This document shows positions 57,619 through 64,000 of a stretch of 64,000 nt of DNA, piece by piece (the stretch's first letter is position 1; the number at the start of each line of letters is the position of its first letter). The DNA comes from Minisyncoccota bacterium (GTDB taxonomy: Bacteria; Patescibacteriota; Minisyncoccia; Phycocordibacterales; SBAW01), in assembly GCA_035546615.1 (NCBI GenBank), contig DASZWM010000003.1:1-64000 (forward strand), in the 5' to 3' direction. The position numbers and the translations under genes were made by a program. The notes beneath the pieces are model-generated. The model saw only the letters and a list, made by a program, of their open reading frames with translations. It did not search any database and was not told the DNA's origin.

Positions 57619-58808
57619 TCCTCTTTTGTAAGGGCGTGGGTCGCAATCGTGTACAGCGAATGACGTTCTCGCACATCATCAGCATAAAAACCACACAATT
57701 GCTTCCATTTTCCCACAGCCATGGCAGCATTTAGCATATTTAGGTCCGCAACCTGCATATTACGGTACACCGCCTCGGCCGGCACTTTTGCAAATGAAAC
57801 AACTTCCGCAATATGTCCATGATGGTCGGGTGTTCCAACTGTAAAGCGACACTGTCCGCGCAGAGACGCCTGATTATCGAGTGCCAAGTCTATTCCAACG
57901 TCTATGAACGGCACACCAAGAGCAATAAGGCCATTAAGTATGTTCTTCCGGCTCTCTCCGTCGTCGATAGCAACAAACACGAAGTCGAACCCGGACAGCT
58001 CGTGGAGATGCGCGTCCTGGACATAGTAGGGATGACGCTTCAAGCCCTTGTGTATACGTTCGTATATACCACTGAACCAATCCACTTTTAGTGGATTGTT
58101 AAGCTCCTGCTTCATCGGAGCACCCGGTGCTCTAAACGCGTTGTGGAGTTCGAACGTATCCCCATCGAAAATGTGGATTTCTTTCACCGGCGTCTTAGCA
58201 ACAAGGTCGAGAATATACGAACCAGTACCACCTAGTCCTATAATCGCCACCCGACTTGCAAGGAGTTTCGCCGTGGCCGCTCCAATACCAGCACGGGTTG
58301 TTGCCATATCAGGATAATGGAATGCGAGTTCCTGAGCTTCGACTACCGCCGGTACTGGTTTTTCACTTCGTGGATCGCAAGTCCGATCAATTGCTTGAGC
58401 TTCGTGCCAAATCAGACGAACATATGTCCAGATTTTTTCGTAGTAGTCGGCATACTTGCGCTTATCAGCGTGCACACGCGAGAAGGCGACAGTCGTCTTA
58501 ATCCCATCGCCCTTATCCTCCTCAGCGTTGTTCGAAATCATCTCCGTCATTAGTTGACCATCCGCGTTGTGCGGGGGTTCTCCAATCCACCAACACTGAT
58601 GGTTGGAACATGGATTCACTGTCTTTCCGGCCGCATCAATTTCAAGTGGGCAATAGAGAATTCCAGGCACTATTTTGCCTTCAGAGGTAACAGCAGGAAT
58701 TCCCTCAATTAAAAGATGAGAGGCAGTCCCTTGAATGACCCGGAGACGAAAACCTTCCGCCTCCAACTTTGCCAAATCGGCATTATGACTTATCCGTATT
58801 TCTGACAT
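57609..58808 (-). CDS. E1-like (ThiF/MoeB family) adenylyltransferase with ~170-aa N-terminal extra domain (possible E2-like)
   Basis: Rossmann 'VAIIGLGGTGSYILDLVAKTPVKEIHIFDGDTFELHNAFR', a C-terminal Cys/His region 'GTPDHHGH', and an N-terminal Cys-containing domain of unknown fold. Confidence 0.65.
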   Translation of the reverse strand: MSEIRISHNADLAKLEAEGFRLRVIQGTASHLLIEGIPAVTSEGKIVPGILYCPLEIDAAGKTVNPCSNHQCWWIGEPPHNADGQLMTEMISNNAEEDKGDGIKTTVAFSRVHADKRKYADYYEKIWTYVRLIWHEAQAIDRTCDPRSEKPVPAVVEAQELAFHYPDMATTRAGIGAATAKLLASRVAIIGLGGTGSYILDLVAKTPVKEIHIFDGDTFELHNAFRAPGAPMKQELNNPLKVDWFSGIYERIHKGLKRHPYYVQDAHLHELSGFDFVFVAIDDGESRKNILNGLIALGVPFIDVGIDLALDNQASLRGQCRFTVGTPDHHGHIAEVVSFAKVPAEAVYRNMQVADLNMLNAAMAVGKWKQLCGFYADDVRERHSLYTIATHALTKEDCI

Positions 58809-59040
58809 CGAAGTTCATATGATCGACCACATCTACACTTTGGCCCCGGCGAAGCGATCCTTCGTGTCCACCTGGCTTAGTCCATGAAACGCTGTAGCGA
58901 ACATCGCCTCCGAACGGACCAGTTGGGAATGCGAGCTTGATGACTTGCTCGTAGCTAATATCGTGTTCACCCCACTTCTCTTGAATACCGTTCACAACAA
59001 TGCTTATGGTGTGTCCATGCCCTTTATTATCGTCTGCCAT
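58783..59040 (-). CDS. ubiquitin-like beta-grasp protein (multiubiquitin-domain-like), first gene of operon
   Basis: An 85-aa protein with 'HTISIVVNGIQEKWGEHDISYEQVIKLAF..YSVSWTKPGGHEGSLRRGQSVDVVDHMNFDV'. It is translationally coupled to the E1 gene. There is no C-terminal GG. Confidence 0.4.
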   Translation of the reverse strand: MADDNKGHGHTISIVVNGIQEKWGEHDISYEQVIKLAFPTGPFGGDVRYSVSWTKPGGHEGSLRRGQSVDVVDHMNFDVRNTDKS

Positions 59041-59224
59041 ATAATTTTAATTGTCGGCTTTTTAATTTAAGTGCGGCACCGGTCGACCGCACTTGTATCG
59101 TACACCCATTTCTGATACCCTTGCAAGGTAACTAGATGTATCAAATGTTACCTAAAGTACCATATTTGTTATATCTGATACCTGTTGTTACAACCTATAA
59201 CAAGTTACGCACAGATTTCAAATC

Positions 59225-59584
59225 ATGAGAAAATCATCCGCTACAATAAACAATGAAAGCAGATCCACAGAGCTTGAAATCCGGAAAGAGATTGGCAGAC
59301 GTATCGCTGAAATGCGTAGCAAACTGGGGCTTACAGCTCGCCTTGTTGCCAAAGAACTTCATGTCTCACGCGAAGCCATTACTCACATTGAAACAGGGCG
59401 AAACAATATATCTGCCGTATCGCTGTGGGAATTGGCGACTCTCTTCCATTGTGATATTGCTGATTTTTTCCCTGATATTCCTAATGGATATTCTTTAACT
59501 AGGGTCGATATTAATAAAGTAGCACAAATGAGTGGAAAGACAGGGGCGGCATGGGCTGAAAAGATTTTTGGGAAAAAGAAATAA
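59225..59584 (+). CDS. XRE-family HTH transcriptional regulator
   Basis: 'IGRRIAEMRSKLGLTARLVAKELHVSREAITHIETGRNNISAVSLWELATLF'. Confidence 0.8.
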   Translation: MRKSSATINNESRSTELEIRKEIGRRIAEMRSKLGLTARLVAKELHVSREAITHIETGRNNISAVSLWELATLFHCDIADFFPDIPNGYSLTRVDINKVAQMSGKTGAAWAEKIFGKKK

Positions 59585-59588
59585 ATAT

Positions 59589-60083
59589 ATGATGTCAGAA
59601 AGAATTGAGAAAAAAGCGGAGGAAGTCTTAAGCGCACTGAATGTTAAGTCAATACCTATCTCTGTTGAAGAAATCGCGAATCAATTAAAGATCAAGATAG
59701 GAAGAGCACCTAGTAGTGAATTTTCTGGAATGTTGATTCGAAAAGATGGTCGAGCACTTATGGGTATAAATAACAGTGAAGGCACTGCGAGACAACGATT
59801 CACTATTGCGCATGAACTTGGGCATTATTTCTTACATCCACAAAATGATACTTTTGTAGACTATAGGCAGAACGAAAAAGAACCAAGAAATCATAGAGAA
59901 CGAGAGGCTGATATGTTTGCAGCAGCACTCTTAATGCCTAGGAAAGAAGTAACAAAAGACTTTCAGAAAATTGTTAGGAAAGGATTTTCAGAAATTGAAC
60001 TTCACAAACTGGCAGGAAAATATGAAGTGAGCGACAAAGCAATGAGATTTAGGTTAGTAAACTTAAATATGCTATTAGGTTAA
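59589..60083 (+). CDS. ImmA/IrrE-family zinc metallopeptidase
   Basis: 'FTIAHELGHYFLH' (HExxH) and 'EREADMFAAALLMP' downstream. Starts 5 nt after the XRE stop. Confidence 0.8.
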   Translation: MMSERIEKKAEEVLSALNVKSIPISVEEIANQLKIKIGRAPSSEFSGMLIRKDGRALMGINNSEGTARQRFTIAHELGHYFLHPQNDTFVDYRQNEKEPRNHREREADMFAAALLMPRKEVTKDFQKIVRKGFSEIELHKLAGKYEVSDKAMRFRLVNLNMLLG

Positions 60084-60087
60084 GATT

Positions 60088-60348
60088 TTATTGTCTACTC
60101 CCTTGTGATCCTAATCTATCCGTAAAAGGTCCCTCACGATGGGCCGCCGGATCTACATCCTTTTTTGTAATAACCTGGGGAAAGCGGGTATTTTCTTCAA
60201 TCTGCTCTAGTAACGTGACTATTCTGTTCAATTTCCAGTACCAGGTAAGGATTTCCCTGATCAGGAGGAATATCAGAGCGCCCACGCATAGGACAAAAAC
60301 GATATTTGGTAGCTGGGACCAGTAATATTGAAATAAGGGTTGAAGCAT
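60088..60348 (-). CDS. small TM protein, hypothetical (downstream of AbrB-like gene)
   Basis: 'WSQLPNIVFVLCVGALIFLLIREILTWYW' is a single TM segment. Confidence 0.3.
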   Translation of the reverse strand: MLQPLFQYYWSQLPNIVFVLCVGALIFLLIREILTWYWKLNRIVTLLEQIEENTRFPQVITKKDVDPAAHREGPFTDRLGSQGSRQ

Positions 60349-60351
60349 ATA

Positions 60352-60540
60352 TTACTTCTTCCAGTCGCGGATTATCAGCTTCTTTCTCTTCAGATCCACC
60401 TCTACGGTGAGCTTTTGGCGCTCTTTCCACTTGAACTTGCGGATAGCCTCCACCGGAAGCGCGACCGTATAGGTACTTCCCCGCCCCGTCTTGGTGAGCT
60501 TGCGGACCTGCTTTTTCTGCCCCGCCTTCGGCCGTGCCAT
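60352..60540 (-). CDS. AbrB/MazE/SpoVT-like DNA-binding protein
   Basis: 62 aa with 'KLTKTGRGSTYTVALPVEAIRKFKWKERQKLTVEV', a swapped-hairpin-like pattern. A 36-bp palindrome lies just upstream. Confidence 0.45.
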   Translation of the reverse strand: MARPKAGQKKQVRKLTKTGRGSTYTVALPVEAIRKFKWKERQKLTVEVDLKRKKLIIRDWKK

Positions 60541-60642
60541 GCGGATATGATACCACCGAACTCCTGAGCTAACTCAAGAGTTAGCTCAGGAGTTAATTAA
60601 AAACCGGCGCCTGGGGCGCCGGTTTGGCCAAGGTTGGCCGGA

Positions 60643-60918
60643 TTACTGAAGCGTGGGGCTGGAGCGGGTCTCGCTTATAGCCCAGTTGCCGTACAGGGTA
60701 TCGAGCTCGAGCTTGAGCTGCACGACCCGCTCGACCATCCCGACGTCTACGACGCGGAGATTAATCATAAAGGCCTCGGCATTGCGTATCGCCGCTTTGA
60801 TCTCCTTCTTCTTCGCGATGATCTCGGGCGGGAGCCGCCGCTTCCCGCTGTGGAAATCTCCGGCAAGCCGGATCATTGTCCGCGCCTCGTCGGGAGTAAG
60901 TACCCGATACTGATCCAA
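60643..60918 (-). CDS. hypothetical protein
   Basis: 91-aa ORF with no recognisable motif. Confidence 0.3.
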   Translation of the reverse strand: MDQYRVLTPDEARTMIRLAGDFHSGKRRLPPEIIAKKKEIKAAIRNAEAFMINLRVVDVGMVERVVQLKLELDTLYGNWAISETRSSPTLQ

Positions 60919-61039
60919 AGCCTCTCTCCTGTCTTATAAGCGGCCACCCGCTTTCGGGTACGATACTAGCATCGAAAAAAGAAATAAAACAGGCCCGCGG
61001 CTTGCGCCGCGGGCCTCTTGTCTGCCTAACTCCGTGGAG

Positions 61040-61465
61040 TTAGGACCTCTTCCCTGCCGGCTCCATGTAGAAGATCCAGAACTCCAGCGACGAATTGCCG
61101 ACATCCACCATCCAGCCGTGGGCGTACTCGTCGCCGTTATTCACCACGCCGTAGTCGATGTTTACTTTCCCGACCTGGACCGGACCGACCTGGTTGAGGC
61201 CGCAGCGGGGATAGCCGCGAGCGTCGACCTCCTGGTGATACACGGTGTATAGCGCCGTGCTTTCGGCCGGATCCCGATAGCGGGCGTCCAGGAGGGTCTT
61301 CAGATCTTCCTGAGATTTGCACCACAGGACCGGCTGGCGGAACCAACCGTAAAATTCCTCGCCCGGCGGCTGCGCCGAGACGGGAGCTACGAGGCACGCC
61401 ATGCACGCGAGAGCAATCAAAGAACGGTTGAACATCTTGGACCTCGTTGGTTGGTCCTTGGACAT
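61040..61465 (-). CDS. secreted hypothetical protein
   Basis: Signal peptide 'MFNRSLIALACMACLVAPVSAQ'. Confidence 0.4.
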   Translation of the reverse strand: MSKDQPTRSKMFNRSLIALACMACLVAPVSAQPPGEEFYGWFRQPVLWCKSQEDLKTLLDARYRDPAESTALYTVYHQEVDARGYPRCGLNQVGPVQVGKVNIDYGVVNNGDEYAHGWMVDVGNSSLEFWIFYMEPAGKRS

Positions 61466-61589
61466 CCTCTCTGCCTACACCTTTTTTCGTCCTTGGGAGG
61501 ACATACCGATTGTATGACGTCTTGTGCCGATGGCAAATAGTCCGCGCTTTTGCTAGAGTACTGGCTGGCACGAACAACAGGAGACGCGG

Positions 61590-61961
61590 ATGATCAATTG
61601 CCTTATGGTCCGGGGCACCGGCATCACGAACAGCATGTCGAGCCTTCTCTACCGGACCGCCATGCAGATGGTGCAGGAAAAGAAAAGCTCGAAGAAGTTC
61701 AAGGGCGGCGACTGCCAGGGCGTCCTTTCGACAGAATGGAAGTACGCCGGCATGGGCACGATATCGGGCCTGCAGTTCAGCGCGAAGGTGGAGAGCGCGG
61801 CGGGTACGACCGAGGTTACGTTCATCATCCGCTCGCTGGACCTGGACGAACCGGATGACGACTCGTGGGAAGCGGTACCCGACCAGGAGACGTTCGACCG
61901 CTACGCGGTTGCGGACGCGCTCGAAGAGCGGGACGCGATTCCCAGATCCAGGCTCAACTGA
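61590..61961 (+). CDS. hypothetical protein
   Basis: 123-aa ORF followed by terminator 'AAAAAGCCCCGCGCGCCCCACGGCGCGCGGGGCTTTCTG' at ~61979-62017. Confidence 0.35.
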   Translation: MINCLMVRGTGITNSMSSLLYRTAMQMVQEKKSSKKFKGGDCQGVLSTEWKYAGMGTISGLQFSAKVESAAGTTEVTFIIRSLDLDEPDDDSWEAVPDQETFDRYAVADALEERDAIPRSRLN

Positions 61962-62072
61962 TGCGGATTGCTCCCGCCGAAAAAGCCCCGCGCGCCCCAC
62001 GGCGCGCGGGGCTTTCTGCATGGCAAACGGCCCGCGCTTTTGCTACAGTACGGGCGGATAGAAACTTGAGGA

Positions 62073-62666
62073 GTGCAGCTGATGACACTAAAGAAGATGC
62101 AGATACTGCTTCCCAGGGGCTTTGTCGATCCGACGGGCCCCGGGATGAAAGACGTGCCGCTCTTCTTTTTGGGCGGGCCGGTGCGCGGCGGCGGAGACTG
62201 GCAGTCGAGAATGGCAATCATGCTGGCCGAGATGGTAGATGGCGACTGCCTGATAGCTATCCCTGCGCGGTGGAACGGAGACCATTGCCTGGCGCATCGC
62301 GTTACACCGACGGACAGGAAGTCAGACTTTCCGCGCCAGCTCAACTGGGAGCGATACTACCTGAACCATGCGGGATTCCATCCGCGCCCGGGATGCGTCG
62401 TTTTCTGGCTCGCAGTCCAGCGGGAATCCCGGCCGGCCGAAGACGGGCCGTACGCCCAGGACACCTACGGGGAGGTTGGCGAGTGGCGAGGGCGCATGAT
62501 GTACAACCCGTCGATACGCTTCGTCGCGGGAGCGGAAGCGACGTTCCCCGGCCTGGATGTCATCCAGCGCAACTTCAATATGGCGCTTAACCGCGAGTTC
62601 CCGATCTATAAGACGATGGAGGAAACCGCGGCGGCGGCCGTGAAAGCGGCGCTGGCGCAAGCGTAA
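62073..62666 (+). CDS. hypothetical protein (possible nucleoside deoxyribosyltransferase-like fold)
   Basis: 'VPLFFLGGPVRGGGDWQ' resembles the Rossmann-like start of Ndt-like proteins. This is a weak call. Confidence 0.3.
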   Translation: MQLMTLKKMQILLPRGFVDPTGPGMKDVPLFFLGGPVRGGGDWQSRMAIMLAEMVDGDCLIAIPARWNGDHCLAHRVTPTDRKSDFPRQLNWERYYLNHAGFHPRPGCVVFWLAVQRESRPAEDGPYAQDTYGEVGEWRGRMMYNPSIRFVAGAEATFPGLDVIQRNFNMALNREFPIYKTMEETAAAAVKAALAQA

Positions 62667-62676
62667 GGAGGAAACG

Positions 62677-62865
62677 ATGGAACAATGGATGGCGTACCTG
62701 CAAGAGCAAGAGGCGCAGGCCAAAGCGATGGTCGAGAACGCCGTTCCTGCGAACTGGGAAGATTTCCTGCTCCAGAATAAGCTTCTTATCGCGGCGGCGA
62801 TGTTTGCCGTAGCCTGGTTCCTACTGATGCCTGACTGGCTGAAGGACTGGTTCCGCGGGAAATAG
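62677..62865 (+). CDS. small membrane protein, hypothetical
   Basis: 'LLIAAAMFAVAWFLLMPDWL' TM segment. Followed by terminator 'AAATCGCCGCGGGCTTCCCAGCCCGCGGCGTTCTTTG'. Confidence 0.3.
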   Translation: MEQWMAYLQEQEAQAKAMVENAVPANWEDFLLQNKLLIAAAMFAVAWFLLMPDWLKDWFRGK

Positions 62866-63222
62866 CGCTGTAGAAAAGGAAATCGCCGCGGGCTTCCCAG
62901 CCCGCGGCGTTCTTTGTTTATTTAGTGCACCGTGCCGACGAGCGACTGCGCGAAATGGAGCACGAGCTCAAGCATCGAAATGAGGAAATTTATGAACAGC
63001 GTGAGCAGGCTGAGCAGGAAGCCCAGGATGAGATCAAGGATATGCGTTATGAAATCCATGGAACCAGTATACACCGCTCTTTTCCCTATATCAGGAATGA
63101 GTTTTGCAAAAATCGATGAGATGCAAGGCGCGGGCGAGGCTCGGACCGAGCAATAGGCCGCCTATTGTGAGGGAGACCCGCAGCCCGCAACGCGGCAGGT
63201 CGCGATTTTTGCGAAACGCAAG

Positions 63223-63882
63223 CTACTCCCAGGTGGTGGTACCGGTCCCGCCTATCGGAAACTGCGGCCCCAGATACTTGGGTACGCGATAGAACATGAT
63301 GTCGAGCTGGGCTTTGATGGTTGCAGGGGCTTCGCGCGCGTAGTTGTACAGCGACACGCCGTCGGCTCCCGCCTCAACGCCTATGGCCTGAAGACCCAGG
63401 CGCCGCGCAATGTAGACCGCGCGCGGCAGATGGAACGCCTGCGTCACTACGGTTACCGACGTGATCCCGAACACGTCGCGGGCGCGGTACATGCTCGAGT
63501 AGGTATCGAAGCCCGCATGGTCGAGGAATATGTCCTCCCCCGGCACGCCCGCGGCCAGGAGGTAGCGGCGCACGGGCTCGACCTCGTTGTGACTGAGCGT
63601 GCTGTTGTCGCCGGTCATGAGGATCTTGGCAATCTTCCCCGCCTGATAGAGCTCCACCGCCTTGTCCACGCGCTCGCGCAGGACCGGCGACAGCGTGCCG
63701 TCCCGCATGACCGATGCGCCCAGCACGAGGGCAGCCTGCGTCTGCGGCGCAGAGGAGACGCTCTTGTATATGTACTCGCGCGCGCTCAGCTGAACCGGAA
63801 GGTACAGGGACAGCGCAACGCAAAGCCCGGCAAGGACCGCTCCGGCTATGTAGTGCCACCATCGCATATATCCAGTATACAA
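63223..63882 (-). CDS. DUF218 (SanA/YdcF/ElyC-like) domain protein
   Basis: N-terminal TM segment, 'ALVLGASV..DGTLSPVLRERVDKAVELYQAGKIAKILMTGDN' and a 'GFDTYSS' region. Confidence 0.65.
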   Translation of the reverse strand: MYTGYMRWWHYIAGAVLAGLCVALSLYLPVQLSAREYIYKSVSSAPQTQAALVLGASVMRDGTLSPVLRERVDKAVELYQAGKIAKILMTGDNSTLSHNEVEPVRRYLLAAGVPGEDIFLDHAGFDTYSSMYRARDVFGITSVTVVTQAFHLPRAVYIARRLGLQAIGVEAGADGVSLYNYAREAPATIKAQLDIMFYRVPKYLGPQFPIGGTGTTTWE

Positions 63883-64000
63883 GGTCGGGGTATTTTTACT
63901 TTAAAGCGCGCGCGTGGTATAGAAGAAAGAGACTTGCGTTCGCCCTATATACCCCTACTCACACCGAAAGACGAGGAGGACTTATATTGTTCACCCAAGG

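Overview
This is a visibly GC-rich bacterial chromosomal window with small, tightly packed genes, many of them on the minus strand. The architecture (giant surface proteins, sortase, reduced RNase P RNA) suggests a small-genome lineage, but I cannot place it taxonomically from sequence alone. Everything below is from reading the sequence and the ORF track by eye; no searches were run, and all regulatory and RNA-structure proposals are hypotheses.

Conserved core content:
- A cell-division cluster: rpsU, ybeY, ftsA, ftsZ.
- trxB-like and fabI-like oxidoreductases, tsaD, a short valS, lepA, murJ, groES-groEL, secG, an oligopeptide-type ABC substrate-binding protein, RNase J, htpX, lemA, a PrsW-like protease and Hsp20.
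- A Zur-like regulator next to a ZIP transporter, msrB, and lexA divergent from an AlkB-like dioxygenase.

RNA genes I can support:
- tRNA-Glu(TTC), tRNA-Ser(CGA), tRNA-Val(GAC), tRNA-Phe(GAA), tRNA-Arg(CCT), tRNA-Gly(CCC) and tRNA-Ser(GGA).
- A plus-strand RNase P RNA with its own -10 box and intrinsic terminator.
- Several clear rho-independent terminators.

The most notable feature is a low-GC island at roughly 54.1-60.6 kb. It carries a Vsr / putative restriction enzyme / C5-cytosine methyltransferase cassette. Beside it sits a four-gene minus-strand operon: a ubiquitin-like beta-grasp protein, an E1 (ThiF-family) protein with an extra N-terminal domain, a Cys/His-rich unknown protein and a 2-TM protein. 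This operon is divergently paired with an XRE-HTH plus ImmA/IrrE-metallopeptidase regulator pair, the arrangement known from CapH/CapP-controlled anti-phage operons. It looks like an uncharacterised ubiquitin-like-conjugation defence system.

Other points of interest:
- A four-gene surface operon ending in a 1824-aa giant protein with an N-terminal HTH, one TM segment, Ala-rich and GTTSPY repeats and a C-terminal tail-fibre-type intramolecular chaperone (S74-like) domain.
- A sortase overlapping a substrate gene with a non-canonical FPNTG sorting signal.
- A ~30-bp tandem-repeat motif shared by the lexA promoter and the R-M/Vsr operon promoter.
- A hairpin-dense ~400-bp leader region rich in CACTTG loops next to the tRNA cluster.
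- An orphan promoter-plus-terminator unit predicting a ~105-nt sRNA.
- A triple ArsR-type palindrome and a (GGGA)6 tract.
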